A stretch of DNA of 63,435 bases, counting the filler. It is 5 parts of 5 records of this genome, joined end to end, with 100 filler letters (N's around TTAATTAATTAA, not from the genome) between each part and the next. Parts side by side here need not be neighbours in the genome. Positions count along the whole stretch, not along the records: positions 29,494 to 40,086 come from SRR20825010_2420; positions 40,187 to 59,297 come from SRR20825010_2438; 3 more parts are not named here. One strand, 5' to 3'. Positions 37,348 through 49,000 of the stretch are shown piece after piece (within the stretch, counting starts at the first letter, position 1; each line of letters starts with the position of its first letter). The position numbers and the translations under genes are program-made. The notes below the pieces were generated by a model that saw only the letters and a program-made list of their open reading frames with translations, ran no database searches and was not told the origin of the DNA.

Positions 37348-38961
37348 ATGAACGACGATAGCCAGAAAGACAAACTCAGGCAGCACTTCGCTCGCCGTGT
37401 CACCACCCAGGCGCGCGTCGTCCTGGATACATGGCAAAAGATCCACGAAGACACCGGCCAGTCTGCCGCCTTCAGGGGCGATTTTGCCAGGGCAGCCGAC
37501 AAGCTGGTTCGCTACGCAAAGCGCTTCGACATGGAAAGCCATGCCGATTCCGGGCGCCAGGTTTTTGACCTGATCGGTGAGTGGCCGGAAGGCACCGCGC
37601 TTCCCGAAAGCCTGGATCGCAAGCTCCAGGACGCCATAGAGCAGCTGTCCCAATGCACGTTGAGACGGACCGACCAGGAAGCCAGCGAGGCTCCCCAACA
37701 GTATCGACGCACGCCCGTCTATATTGCTCTGGCCAGTGAAGAGATGGCCAGCCGCCTGATCCGCCAGCTTGAGTTCTTCGGCTTCCGTGCGTCAGCGTTC
37801 AACACCGCCGACAAGCTGATCGAAGCCTGCGCACTTCACAAACCCGAAACCATCCTGATGGACGTTAACTACGGCGGCGAGCCGCTGAGCGGCATTGCCA
37901 CCATCGAGCGGCTTCAGGAGCGACACGACACACCCATCCCCATCATCTTCATGAGCGACGAAGATGGCACCATCCAAACCCGCCTGCGGGCGTCCCGCTG
38001 CGGTGGCGAGGAATTCTTCTACCCGGCGGTTGATCCCGGCCAGCTGATCGAGAAGATCGAGACCTACACCCACGGCAATACCGTTGAGCCCTACAAAGTG
38101 CTGGTGCTGGATGACTCCCGCGCTCAGGCCAAGTTCATGGAAACGGTTCTGAAAAAAGCGGGCATGAATGCCCACATCATCACCGATCCGATGGAAATCA
38201 TTCATGCATTGGAGTCGTTCTCGCCGGAGATCATCATTCTGGACATGTACATGCCCGGCTGCACCGGCATGGAAATCGCGCGGGTAATCCGCCAGCAGGA
38301 CCGTTTTCATAGCGTGCCAATCATCTACCTATCCGCCGAAGAAGACGTTTCCAAACAGCTGCATGCCATGAGCCTGGGGGGCGATGACTTCCTGACCAAG
38401 CCGATTGACCCGAAACACCTGATCTCCACCATACACAATCGGGGCCGCCGCGCCCGGTCACTGCTGGCGCTGATGATCCGCGACAGCCTCACCGGCCTGT
38501 TCAATCACACTCATACCCTGCACCTGCTCGATCAGGAGATCGTGCGGGCGCGGCAGAAAGACCAGCAACTGTGCTTTGCAATGATCGACATCGACTACTT
38601 CAAGAAGGTGAATGACACGTTTGGCCATCCCATTGGCGACCGCGTGCTGCGAAGTTTGTCCATGTTCCTGAAACAGCGCTTGCGCAAGACCGACCACATT
38701 GGCCGATACGGTGGCGAGGAATTTGCCATTATTCTGCCGGACACCCGCGAGAGCGATGCCCGCAATGTGCTGAACGAAATCCGCGAGCGTTTCTCGGAGC
38801 TGCTGCAACCGGCTGGCGACCGGGAGTTTAATGTCACCTTCAGTTGCGGCGTTGCCGCCTGGAAGGGTGATACCTCCCAGGCTCTCTGCGAACGGGCGGA
38901 CAAGGCTCTTTACCGGTCCAAGGCCCAGGGCCGCAACTGCGTGACCGCCGCCGGCGACTGA
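37348..38961 (+). CDS. Diguanylate cyclase with two receiver domains
   Basis: Two REC domains, RDSLTGLFN, I-site RKTD, intact GGEEF; ATG at 37348. Confidence 0.9.
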   Translation: MNDDSQKDKLRQHFARRVTTQARVVLDTWQKIHEDTGQSAAFRGDFARAADKLVRYAKRFDMESHADSGRQVFDLIGEWPEGTALPESLDRKLQDAIEQLSQCTLRRTDQEASEAPQQYRRTPVYIALASEEMASRLIRQLEFFGFRASAFNTADKLIEACALHKPETILMDVNYGGEPLSGIATIERLQERHDTPIPIIFMSDEDGTIQTRLRASRCGGEEFFYPAVDPGQLIEKIETYTHGNTVEPYKVLVLDDSRAQAKFMETVLKKAGMNAHIITDPMEIIHALESFSPEIIILDMYMPGCTGMEIARVIRQQDRFHSVPIIYLSAEEDVSKQLHAMSLGGDDFLTKPIDPKHLISTIHNRGRRARSLLALMIRDSLTGLFNHTHTLHLLDQEIVRARQKDQQLCFAMIDIDYFKKVNDTFGHPIGDRVLRSLSMFLKQRLRKTDHIGRYGGEEFAIILPDTRESDARNVLNEIRERFSELLQPAGDREFNVTFSCGVAAWKGDTSQALCERADKALYRSKAQGRNCVTAAGD

Positions 38962-39256
38962 GCCCAAACGCCACTGGCGGGCTCTCCCCAGCAACGGCCC
39001 CGCCCCGCTCTCGGGGCCGTTCTATGAAACCAACGTCTTATAGAACTCCTGATCCCCCTTCACGACAATGACCGTGCAAACGACAAAGATTGCTTGTGCG
39101 TGGGTAAGATTCTTTTCGACACAGAGATAAGATACTTTTCGACACACACCCGATTGTCAAAAAGTGTTGATCTGAAGACTTCAAGAACGCACCATTGTGG
39201 GAAAATGTCGCTAAATTCGGCGATCCTGTAAAAAAGTCAGCAAGGCAGACGAAATC

Positions 39257-39697
39257 ATGTCGACCATACTCGTACTTCATGGCCCCAACCTGAACATGCT
39301 GGGAACCCGCGAGCCGGAGGTGTATGGCCACGAGTCGTTGGCGGACATTGACGACCGTTTGCACCGGAAAGCCGCCGAAGATGGCCATCACCTGCTACAT
39401 TTACAGTCAAACGCGGAATATGAACTGATTGAGCGGATACATGAAGCCAGATCAGAAGGGGTTGATTTCATCATCTTCAACCCGGCGGCGTTCACCCACA
39501 CCAGTGTTGCACTGCGGGACGCCATGTTGGCCTCGGGCATACCGTTTATTGAGGTCCATCTTTCCAACGTGCATGCGCGGGAAGCATTCCGTCATCACTC
39601 ATACTTTTCTGATATCGCCGATGGCGTTATCTGCGGGCTGGGCAGCCTGGGGTACGACCTTGCACTCGAAGCCGCCCTGCAACGAATTCATCGATAG
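39257..39697 (+). CDS. aroQ: Type II 3-dehydroquinate dehydratase
   Basis: [37 protein letters not shown]. Confidence 0.97.
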   Translation: MSTILVLHGPNLNMLGTREPEVYGHESLADIDDRLHRKAAEDGHHLLHLQSNAEYELIERIHEARSEGVDFIIFNPAAFTHTSVALRDAMLASGIPFIEVHLSNVHAREAFRHHSYFSDIADGVICGLGSLGYDLALEAALQRIHR

Positions 39698-39725
39698 AAC
39701 TGATTAAAACGGGATCGGACTGACT

Positions 39726-40086
39726 ATGGACATTCGCAAGATCAAGAAACTTATCGAACTGCTGGAGGAATCCGACGTCGAGGAGCTGGAGATTCACGAG
39801 GGTGATGATTCTGTTCGCATCTCCCGGCGTCGTGAACAACTGGCTGCGCCACAGTATATGGCACACTATCCGTCACCAGCACCCCAGCCCGCCTCACCGC
39901 AGCCGTCCGCGCCAGCCGCCGACGAGCCCGCAAAGCCGGCAGAGCCTTCCGGCCATGCGGTGAAGTCGCCAATGGTCGGCACCTTCTACCGCTCGCCCTC
40001 ACCCACCGCGAAAGCGTTTGTGGAAGTCGGGCAATCAGTGAAAGCCGGCGACGTGGTGTGCATCGTCGAAGCCATGAAGATGATGA
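39726..40086 (+). CDS. accB: Biotin carboxyl carrier protein (3'-truncated by the gap)
   Basis: [26 protein letters not shown]. Confidence 0.95.
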
Positions 40087-40186
40087 NNNNNNNNNNNNNN
40101 NNNNNNNNNNNNNNNNNNNNNNNNNNNNNNTTAATTAATTAANNNNNNNNNNNNNNNNNNNNNNNNNNNNNNNNNNNNNNNNNNNN
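40087..40186. other. Artificial contig linker
   Basis: N-run with TTAATTAATTAA. Confidence 0.98.
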
Positions 40187-40321
40187 TACGTGCTGAACAC
40201 TCATCGTGTGGAGACCTTGGGCCGCAGGCATGTCGTTCTGATGCCTTTGAATGTGGAAGCGGGGGGCGCACGCCTGGAACTGAATTTGATGCCTGGTGAT
40301 TTGCCTAGGGGACTTGAATGA
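40187..40321 (+). CDS. 3' fragment of the gene preceding pilQ (possibly pilP-like)
   Basis: Open 45-codon frame ending in an ATGA overlap with pilQ; identity inferred from position only. Confidence 0.4.
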   Translation, partial: YVLNTHRVETLGRRHVVLMPLNVEAGGARLELNLMPGDLPRGLE

Positions 40322-42399
40322 CTATTAAATCTATAAAACACGGTGCTTTTTTCTTGACAAATGCTTTGTTGGGTTTGGGGCTTTTCTTTGTGTTCATGCA
40401 ACAAACTTGGGCGTTGTCGGTTGTCGACGTCAAGGTGGCGGAACTCGATGATCGCACCGAAGTGAGTCTGCAGTTTGACCAAACGCTGGATGGCAAGCCT
40501 GGCTTGTTTCGAATTGCCAACCCTGCGCGGCAGGTGGTTGATTTTTCTATGGAGCTAAGCAATAAATCCTTGCCTGTTGTCTTTGCTTCGAACAGCAGGA
40601 TCAAGAAGTCGCAGTTGATTGCTTCTGGCGGGAAAAGCCGGTTGGTGTTTGAAATGGCTCAAAATTATGACGTTCAGGTGAGTCAGTCGGATCGTTCGGT
40701 TGATCTGGTTTTTTCGGGACCCAAGCCTTTTGTGCCAGGTATTGATCAAGTCGCGGTGTTGCCCGAAAAAAGTGTTTTGAAGGAAACGGTTTCCGAAGTG
40801 CTGGGCAAGCCGGTCGTGATGGAAGGAGGACCTGTGCTGATCGGCTGGGGTATAAGCGAGCAAGACGGCAAGCAATTGATTCGAATCGAGTTCGATCGCA
40901 GCGCAGTGGTGGCCGATGCAGTGCTGAACAACGAACGCTTACGGCTTCGATTTGCCAATGCAAGGATCAATCCCCAGATTCCGAAACAGTTGCCAACCAC
41001 GCCTGATTCGCCGATTCAAGCATTGGCATTGATGCCTGGTACCCAAACTCTTTTGTTGCAGATGGATTTGAAAAATGCCACGCACATTGTCCGACAGCGC
41101 GGGCCGATTGTTGAGGTGGAGGTGACGCCAATCGTTAAGCCCCTCGTGCAGGCCAGCAGCCAAGCAGAAGCGAAGTCCGCAGGGCAGGGGCAAAGCTTGG
41201 CAGCGCGTTACAGCGGTCGTCCTATCACGCTGGATTTCAACGACGTCGACATTCGAACCGTGATGCAGGTTTTTGCTGATTTCACAAAAATGAACCTGGT
41301 GTTGAGCGACTCCGTTAAAGGCAACGTGTCTGTGTTTCTGAAAGAGGTACCTTGGGATCAGGCATTGGACATCGTGATGCGCTCCAAGGGTTTGGTGTCG
41401 AGCCAGTCTGGCAACGTACTTTTAGTTTCAACGCCTTCGGATGTCAGCAATGACAAGTCTCAGGCGGCCAATCGCCAGGCTCAAGATGACATGGAGCCGC
41501 TTGTGTCGAGGTCGTTTCAGGTCAGTTATCAAAAAACCGCGGATTTGGTCGCCTTGATTAAATCAGCGGACTCCAAGTTGTTGTCATCACGCGGAACCTT
41601 GATCTCAGACGAGAGAACGAGTCAGGTTTTCGTGCAGGACACACCAAGCCGCATGGAGCGTATCAGCATGATTGTCACGAGTTTGGACAAGCCTGTGAAG
41701 CAAGTCATGATTGAAGCGCGTGTGGTGTTGGCCGATACCTCGGTTTCCAAAGAGTTGGGTGTTCGCATTCAGTCTGCTTCTTCCGGGGCGACTGCATTTA
41801 CCGACATTGGCGAGCAGTTTGGCAGCAAAGGGTTCGCGGACACTGGGGCGAGTGCGTCAACCACGCTGGCGTATACCCTGTTTAATGCGAATTCCACACG
41901 ATTGATCAATTTACAATTGCGTGCCCTTGAAACTGAAAACAAGATTCGCACGGTATCCAATCCGCGGGTTATTACTTCGAACAAAGAGCCGGCCTTGATT
42001 GAGCAGGGCACGGAAATTCCGTATCAGATCGCCACCAGCAGCGGCGCAACTGCCACGGAATTCAAGGAGGCCAACTTGAAGCTGGCGGTAACCCCCCAGA
42101 TTGCGCCAGACGGCACTGTGTTGCTCGACGTGGATGTGGCCAAAGACTCGGTCGGTATTCAAACCGCCAACGGCCCGGCCATTGACACGCGCCGCGTGAA
42201 AACCAAGGTGCTAGTTGCTGATGGTGGCACCGTGGTGCTGGGTGGTATCTTTGAAGAAGACGACAATTTGCAGAACGAAAAGGTGCCTTTCTTTGGTGAC
42301 ATTCCTGGCGTGGGCTTGCTGTTCAAAGGCAAAACCGACAACAAGCGCCGGGCTGAACTGTTAATCTTTTTGACACCGGTTGTGCTGGCAGACCAATAA
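40318..42399 (+). CDS. pilQ: Type IV pilus secretin
   Basis: AMIN-like N-terminus, VPWDQALD, QVMIEARVV, IEQGTEIPY, KVPFFGDIPGVG; pilQ-aroK-aroB synteny. Confidence 0.9.
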   Translation: MTIKSIKHGAFFLTNALLGLGLFFVFMQQTWALSVVDVKVAELDDRTEVSLQFDQTLDGKPGLFRIANPARQVVDFSMELSNKSLPVVFASNSRIKKSQLIASGGKSRLVFEMAQNYDVQVSQSDRSVDLVFSGPKPFVPGIDQVAVLPEKSVLKETVSEVLGKPVVMEGGPVLIGWGISEQDGKQLIRIEFDRSAVVADAVLNNERLRLRFANARINPQIPKQLPTTPDSPIQALALMPGTQTLLLQMDLKNATHIVRQRGPIVEVEVTPIVKPLVQASSQAEAKSAGQGQSLAARYSGRPITLDFNDVDIRTVMQVFADFTKMNLVLSDSVKGNVSVFLKEVPWDQALDIVMRSKGLVSSQSGNVLLVSTPSDVSNDKSQAANRQAQDDMEPLVSRSFQVSYQKTADLVALIKSADSKLLSSRGTLISDERTSQVFVQDTPSRMERISMIVTSLDKPVKQVMIEARVVLADTSVSKELGVRIQSASSGATAFTDIGEQFGSKGFADTGASASTTLAYTLFNANSTRLINLQLRALETENKIRTVSNPRVITSNKEPALIEQGTEIPYQIATSSGATATEFKEANLKLAVTPQIAPDGTVLLDVDVAKDSVGIQTANGPAIDTRRVKTKVLVADGGTVVLGGIFEEDDNLQNEKVPFFGDIPGVGLLFKGKTDNKRRAELLIFLTPVVLADQ

Positions 42400-42448
42400 C
42401 ACAAGCTTTACCGTACAATGATTTGATTGTTTACGAAGATTTAACGAA

Positions 42449-43006
42449 GTGTCCAATCAATGCATTGTGCTGGTGGGCATGATGGGTGCCGGCAAAAGCA
42501 CAGTCGGCAAGGCCTTGGCCAAGCATCTGTCCTGGGAATTTACTGACACCGATCACCTGATCGAGCATCAAACCGGTGTCAGCATTCCCGTCATTTTCGA
42601 AATTGAAGGCGAGGCCGGTTTTCGTCGACGCGAGTCGATGGCGCTGGCCAGTTTTGTTGGCAAAGAACGGCAGATCATTGCCACCGGCGGTGGCATCGTT
42701 CTAGCGGCAGAAAACCGGGAGATGCTGAAACAGATCGGCGCTGTGGTGTACTTAAGCGCCTCCTCAGCGGAGCTATACCAGCGCACCCGCCTGGATAAAA
42801 ACAGGCCTTTGCTTCAAGGGCCAAACCCCCGACGTAAAATTGAGGAACTATTGGCTGCTCGCCTGCCTTTGTACAAAGAATGTGCAACTGTGGTGGTTGA
42901 AACTGGCCGGCAGCCTGTGTACCAAATTGTTCACAAAATCAGCCATGCTTTAAAATTGGGTCAGAAAGCACCCGGAATCGAACAAAAGGCAACTGGAACA
43001 GAATGA
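42449..43006 (+). CDS. aroK: Shikimate kinase
   Basis: [27 protein letters not shown]. Confidence 0.96.
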   Translation: MSNQCIVLVGMMGAGKSTVGKALAKHLSWEFTDTDHLIEHQTGVSIPVIFEIEGEAGFRRRESMALASFVGKERQIIATGGGIVLAAENREMLKQIGAVVYLSASSAELYQRTRLDKNRPLLQGPNPRRKIEELLAARLPLYKECATVVVETGRQPVYQIVHKISHALKLGQKAPGIEQKATGTE

Positions 43007-44097
43007 GTCGATACACTTTGGAAGTTGATTTGGGCGACCGCAGTTACCCGATTCACATTGGCGCAGGTTTGCTGGGCAACGCCGAATTATTCAAACCCCA
43101 TGTGGCGGGAAAGGTGGTGATGGTTTGCACCAACACCACGGTCGGTCCCTTGTACGCTGACAAGGTGAAAGCCACTTTGCAGCATGCAGGGGCAAAACTT
43201 GTTCACATGGTCAGCCTGCCCGATGGAGAGGAATATAAAGACTGGCCCACGCTGCAACGTGTTTTCGATGCTTTGTTGCAAAACCATTGCGATCGCAAAA
43301 CCGTGCTGGTGGCCTTGGGCGGTGGCGTGATTGGCGACATGGGTGGATTTGCGGCCTCGGCCTTCATGCGTGGCATTCCGTTTATTCAGGTGCCCACAAC
43401 CTTGCTTAGCCAGGTAGACAGTTCCGTGGGCGGGAAAACCGGCATCAACCACCCGCTGGGCAAAAACATGATCGGTGCGTTTTACCAGCCGCAAATGGTG
43501 GTGAGCGATATTTCCACATTGAATACCTTGCCCGATCGTGAGCTTAGCTGTGGCCTGGCGGAAATTATCAAACACGGTGCGATTGCCGACAATGAATACC
43601 TCGACATGGTCGAAGCCAACATGCCCGCCCTGTTGAACCGCGATCCTGAGTTGCTGGCGATGGTGGTAAAGCGTTCTTGCGAGATCAAGGCCGATGTGGT
43701 GTCAAAAGACGAACGCGAAGGCGGTATTCGTGCCATTCTGAATTTTGGTCATACCTTTGGCCATGCGATTGAAGCGGGCATGGGTTATGGCCAGTGGTAC
43801 CATGGAGAAGCAGTAGGTTGTGGCATGGTGATTGCGGCTGACTTGTGCCGCCGCATGGGCCGCTTGAGTGCGGAAGAGTCTGCGCGCCTGACAAAAATTG
43901 TAATTGATGCCCGTTTGCCGGCTATTCCGCCGCGTTTGGGCGTGGACAAGTTTATGGACTTGATGGCGCACGACAAAAAAGCCGATTCTGGTTCCATCAA
44001 GTATGTGCTGCTGAACGGACTGGGTGGTGCATCCATCTCGCCCGCCGATGAGGCGCTGGTGCGGCAAACATTGCAGGAAATGGGGGCGGGGGACTAA
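43003..44097 (+). CDS. aroB: 3-dehydroquinate synthase
   Basis: [40 protein letters not shown]. Confidence 0.97.
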   Translation: MSRYTLEVDLGDRSYPIHIGAGLLGNAELFKPHVAGKVVMVCTNTTVGPLYADKVKATLQHAGAKLVHMVSLPDGEEYKDWPTLQRVFDALLQNHCDRKTVLVALGGGVIGDMGGFAASAFMRGIPFIQVPTTLLSQVDSSVGGKTGINHPLGKNMIGAFYQPQMVVSDISTLNTLPDRELSCGLAEIIKHGAIADNEYLDMVEANMPALLNRDPELLAMVVKRSCEIKADVVSKDEREGGIRAILNFGHTFGHAIEAGMGYGQWYHGEAVGCGMVIAADLCRRMGRLSAEESARLTKIVIDARLPAIPPRLGVDKFMDLMAHDKKADSGSIKYVLLNGLGGASISPADEALVRQTLQEMGAGD

Positions 44098-44099
44098 CA

Positions 44100-45236
44100 G
44101 TGCGCAACTTTGAGCTTGGTTTGGCCCCCTATGCAGTCAGTTCCGCGAATACCCGTGGCCGCCTGCACCCCGAGAAAAGCCCGGAAGGCCGAACCGAGTT
44201 TGAACGCGACCGCGACCGAATTATTCACAGCGCTGCCTTTCGCCGCCTTGAGTACAAAACCCAAGTGTTTGTAAACACCGAAGGCGATTTGTACCGCACC
44301 CGCTTGACCCACAGCCTTGAAGTGGCGCAAATTGCGCGCAGCATTTCCCGTAACCTGGGTCTGAATGAAGAGCTGACTGAAGCCGTTGCGCTGGCCCACG
44401 ATTTGGGCCACACGCCTTTTGGCCACGCCGGGCAAGACGCATTGAATGAATGCATGGCCCCGTACGGCGGGTTCGAGCATAACTTGCAAAGCCTGCGGGT
44501 GGTCGATGAGCTTGAAGAGAAATATGCCAGTTTCAATGGTTTGAACCTTTGTTTTGAAACACGTGAAAGTATTTTGAAACACTGTTCCAGGCCCAACGCA
44601 GAAAAGCTGGGTGAGGTGGCCGACCGGTTTCTAAGTAATCGCCGCCCGGTGCTTGAAGCGCAGGTCACGAACCTGGCCGACGAAATTGCTTACAACAACC
44701 ACGACATTGACGACGGGTTGCGTTCAGGCCTGATCACGCTGGAGCAAGCGGCTGAAGTACCCTTGTTCAAAATACACCTGGATCGCGTGAAAGCCCGCCA
44801 CCCCAATATTGACGGCCGCCGGCTGATTCATGAAACAGTGCGCGGAATCATCAACGCACTGGTTCAGGATTTGCTGCATGAATCCGAGCGACGAATTCAG
44901 TTGATGAAACCGACCAGCGTTGCCGACGTGCAGTTGGCTGACAAATTGATTGGTTTTAGCGGCGAAATGGCCGAGTTGAATCATGAGCTGAAAGTGTTTT
45001 TGCGCAAAGCCCTGTATCAGCATTACCAGGTGCTTCGGGCCACCCTGAAAGCGCGTCGCGTGGTTGAAGACCTGTTCCAGATTTTTATGGAAGACCCTCG
45101 CTTGTTGCCCCCACAATTCTTTCGCCGGTCTGAAGCCGACATACCCCGCGCCATTGCCGACTACATTGCTGGCATGACCGACCGCTACGCCATGAAAGAG
45201 CACCAGCGCCTGACCGTTCCCGGCATCCAGTCCTAA
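44100..45236 (+). CDS. dgt: dGTP triphosphohydrolase-like HD protein
   Basis: [43 protein letters not shown]. Confidence 0.92.
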   Translation: MRNFELGLAPYAVSSANTRGRLHPEKSPEGRTEFERDRDRIIHSAAFRRLEYKTQVFVNTEGDLYRTRLTHSLEVAQIARSISRNLGLNEELTEAVALAHDLGHTPFGHAGQDALNECMAPYGGFEHNLQSLRVVDELEEKYASFNGLNLCFETRESILKHCSRPNAEKLGEVADRFLSNRRPVLEAQVTNLADEIAYNNHDIDDGLRSGLITLEQAAEVPLFKIHLDRVKARHPNIDGRRLIHETVRGIINALVQDLLHESERRIQLMKPTSVADVQLADKLIGFSGEMAELNHELKVFLRKALYQHYQVLRATLKARRVVEDLFQIFMEDPRLLPPQFFRRSEADIPRAIADYIAGMTDRYAMKEHQRLTVPGIQS

Positions 45237-45246
45237 GGCTCCTCAA

Positions 45247-45951
45247 ATGGCTCGCCAGGCCCGCCTGTTCATCCCTGAATGCCCCATGGTGCTGGAGTTG
45301 CAAGGCATTGCAGGGCAAGAGGTGTTCAAAACCCGCGAGGCTTTTCAGCTTTTTCACGCCCAGCTACCCTTGAGCGCAGCTGAGGAGGGGGTCGCCCCGC
45401 ATGCCTACTGCCTGGTGCCCACAGTGGCCTTGCTCATGATTTCTGCGCAAGAGGCATTGCAAGTGGGGCGGTTTGTGCAAAACCTGAATCGCCGTTTTTC
45501 GCCTGCGGTGCGCCAGGTGCAATTGGTTAATTCCAGTGCACTTTGGGAGCCGCGTTTTAAATCAACCGTGGTGCAACCCGGGTCGCGAAGCCTGAAGGCC
45601 TGCCTGTATGTCGAGCAACTGGCAGCCCGTGCGGCGGGAGCCCATGACCTGGCCACCTACCCCTGGAGCAGTTTTGCGGCTCATGCCGGCGTGGTGAATG
45701 AAGCCTGGCTGAGCGACTTGCCCGTGTACTGGCAATTGGGCAACACGCCCTTTGAGCGCCAAAGCCGTTACCGTCAGTTCAGTGATCAGGGCTTGAGTGA
45801 GCGGGATGGCATTGAGCTGGCAGAGAGCTTGCAAAAAGGCTGGCTTTGGAGCGATGATGCCTTTTGCGCGCAAATTCAAGACCTTGCGAACCGCCCGGTT
45901 CGCCCCCGGCCCCGCGGACGTCCAACAAAAAAAACCAAAATCACAAATTAA
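45247..45951 (+). CDS. RAYT/Y1 transposase-like protein with degenerate HUH motif
   Basis: MARQAR start, HAYCL, LWEPRFKS, YPWSS and PRGRP tail typical of REP-associated tyrosine transposases; NHxH replaced by TVAL. Confidence 0.75.
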   Translation: MARQARLFIPECPMVLELQGIAGQEVFKTREAFQLFHAQLPLSAAEEGVAPHAYCLVPTVALLMISAQEALQVGRFVQNLNRRFSPAVRQVQLVNSSALWEPRFKSTVVQPGSRSLKACLYVEQLAARAAGAHDLATYPWSSFAAHAGVVNEAWLSDLPVYWQLGNTPFERQSRYRQFSDQGLSERDGIELAESLQKGWLWSDDAFCAQIQDLANRPVRPRPRGRPTKKTKITN

Positions 45952-46008
45952 GTGCATTTGTATTTGGTGTGTCCCTAATTATTGTCCCCCGAATTCGGTG
46001 CGCCATTT

Positions 46009-46031
46009 TAAATGGGGTCAGACCCCATTTA
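46009..46031. repeat. REP-like perfect palindrome
   Basis: TAAATGGGGTC-A-GACCCCATTTA; degenerate relatives TGTCCC at about 45969 and 45983. Confidence 0.7.
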
Positions 46032-46096
46032 TTTCTCTTGAGAATCTTGCCGCACTGCAGTAAAGTGACCAACGTACTGAAATCAGGGGCTTTTCC

Positions 46097-49000
46097 ATGC
46101 AACAAGACATTAGAAAGATTGCCGAAGAAAAAGGCATGTACTCCGCCAGCAATGAACACGACGCTTGTGGCGTTGGTTTTGTGGCGCACATCAAAGGCAA
46201 GCGCACGCACGACATTATTGCGGGCGGCCTGAAAATTCTGGAAAACCTGGACCACCGTGGTGCCGTGGGTGCCGACCCCTTGATGGGCGACGGCGCCGGT
46301 ATCCTGATTCAAATTCCCGATGCTTTTTTCCGCCAGGAAATGGCCAAGCAGAATGTGACGTTGCCACCCGCTGGCGAATACGGTGTGGGCATGTTGTTTC
46401 TGCCCAAAGAAACCGCATCACGCATTGCCTGCGAACAGGAAATTGAGCGTGCCGTGAAAGCCGAAGGCCAGGTGTTGCTGGGTTGGCGCGACGTGCCGAT
46501 CAATGCCGACATGCCCATGAGCCCCACTGTGCGTTTGAAAGAACCCGTGATTCGCCAGGTGTTTGTAGGCCGCGGCCGCGACATCATGGTGACCGACGCG
46601 CTGGAACGCAAACTGTACGTGATTCGCAAGCGCGCGGTGCACGCCATCAAGAACCTGAACCTGGCGCACGGCACGGAATACTTCAGCCCCTCCATGAGCG
46701 CCCGTACCATTGTGTACAAGGGCTTGCTGCTGGCCAACCAGGTTGGCGAGTACTACCTCGATTTGAAAGACCCACGTTGTGTGTCTGCATTGGCACTGGT
46801 TCATCAACGTTTCTCCACCAACACATTCCCCGAGTGGCCGCTGGCTCACCCCTATCGCATGTTGGCGCATAACGGTGAAATCAACACCGTGAAAGGCAAC
46901 TTCAACTGGATGCGCGCTCGCGAAGGTGTGATGAAAAGCGCCGTGCTGGGCGACGATCTGCAAAAGCTGTACCCCTTGATTTTCGAAGGCCAATCTGACA
47001 CCGCCTGTTTCGACAACTGTCTGGAACTGTTGGTGATGGCGGGCTACACCATTGCCCAGGCCATGATGATGATGGTGCCCGAGGCATGGGAACAGCACAC
47101 CTTGATGGACGACAACCGCCGCGCATTCTACGAATACCATGCGGCCATGATGGAACCCTGGGACGGCCCCGCCGCCATGGCCTTCACCGATGGCAAGCAG
47201 ATTGGCGCCACACTGGACCGCAATGGTTTGCGCCCTGCACGTTACATCGTGACCGAAGATGATTTGGTGGTCATGGCTTCTGAATCGGGCACATTGCCCA
47301 TTCCAGAAAGCAAGATCGTAAAGAAGTGGCGCTTGCAGCCCGGCAAAATGTTCCTGATTGACATGGAAGCTGGCCGCATTATTGACGACGACGAACTGAA
47401 AAACCAGCTCAGCGCCGCCAAGCCCTACAAGCAGTGGATCGACACCATCCGCGTGAAGCTGGATGAAGTGGAAGGACAACCCGAGCCGATCGAGCCCAAT
47501 GAAACATTGCTGGACCGTCAGCAGGCTTTTGGTTACACCCAGGAAGACTTGAAATTCCTGATGGCCCCCATGCTGCAAAACGGCGAGGAAGCCACCGGTT
47601 CCATGGGCAACGACAGCCCCTTGGCTGTGATGTCCAACAAGCTTAAGCCGCTGTACAACTACTTCAAGCAGTTGTTTGCACAGGTTACAAACCCACCGAT
47701 CGACCCGATCCGTGAAAACCTGGTGATGAGCCTGAACAGCTTCATTGGACCCAAGCCCAACTTGCTTGACCTGAACAACATCAACCCGCCCATGCGCCTT
47801 GAAGTGTCACAGCCCGTGCTCACATCGAAAGACATGGCGAAGATTCGCAATATTGAACAATTCACGGGTGGCAAATTCACCAGCCATGAATTGAACATTT
47901 GCTACCCCGTTGCATGGGGCAAGGAAGGCATTGAAGCGCGCATCGCTTCACTGTGCGCGGAAGCCCGCGACGCAGTAAAGCAAGGTGTGAATGTGTTGAT
48001 CGTCACCGACCGCATGATGAGCCGTGACAACGTGGCCATTCCCGCGTTGTTGGCCGTTTCTGCCATTCACCAGCACTTGGTGAAAGTGGGTCTGCGTACT
48101 TCCACTGGTTTGGTGGTTGAAACCGGTTCCGCACGGGAAGTGCATCACTTCGCCCTTCTGGCTGGTTACGGTGCGGAAGCTGTTCACCCTTACCTGGCAA
48201 TGGAAACAATTGCCGACATGGCCCGTGGCTTGCCTGGCGACCTGAGCCCTGAAAAAGCGGTGTACAACTACATCAAGGCGGTGGGCAAGGGCTTGATGAA
48301 GGTGATGTCCAAGATGGGCATTTCCACGTACATGAGCTACACCGGTGCGCAGATTTTCGAAGCGGTTGGTTTGAACCAAGCCTTCATCGACGCTTACTTC
48401 GCCGGCACACCCACCAAGGTAGAAGGGATTGGCGTGTTCGAGGTGGCAGAAGAAGCCATTCGCATTCACCAGGCCGCATTCAGCCCCGACCCTGTGTTGG
48501 CTGGCGCACTGGACGCAGGCGGTGAATACGCCTGGCGTACTCGCGGTGAAGAACACATGTGGACCCCCGATGCAATTGCGAAATTGCAGCACGCCACCCG
48601 TTCCGGCACCTACAACACCTACAAGGAATACGCGCAGATCATCAACGATCAAAGCAAGCGCCACATGACCTTGCGTGGTTTGTTTGAATTCAAGATTGAT
48701 CCTTCCAAGGCCATTCCAATCGAGGAAGTGGAGCCCGTCGAAGAAATCGTGAAGCGCTTTGCAACGGGTGCCATGTCACTGGGTTCCATTTCGACTGAAG
48801 CGCACTCCACCCTGGCAGTTGCCATGAACCGCATTGGCGGCAAAAGCAACACAGGTGAAGGCGGTGAAGACGAAAAGCGTTACAGCGCCGAACTGCGTGC
48901 TGGTTTGGAAAAATTTGGTCCGGGTCAAGGCTTGATTCAAGACGGCGAAACGCTGAAGAGTTTCCTTGGTGATGTGGTGGTTGCCGACTTCCCCTTGAAG

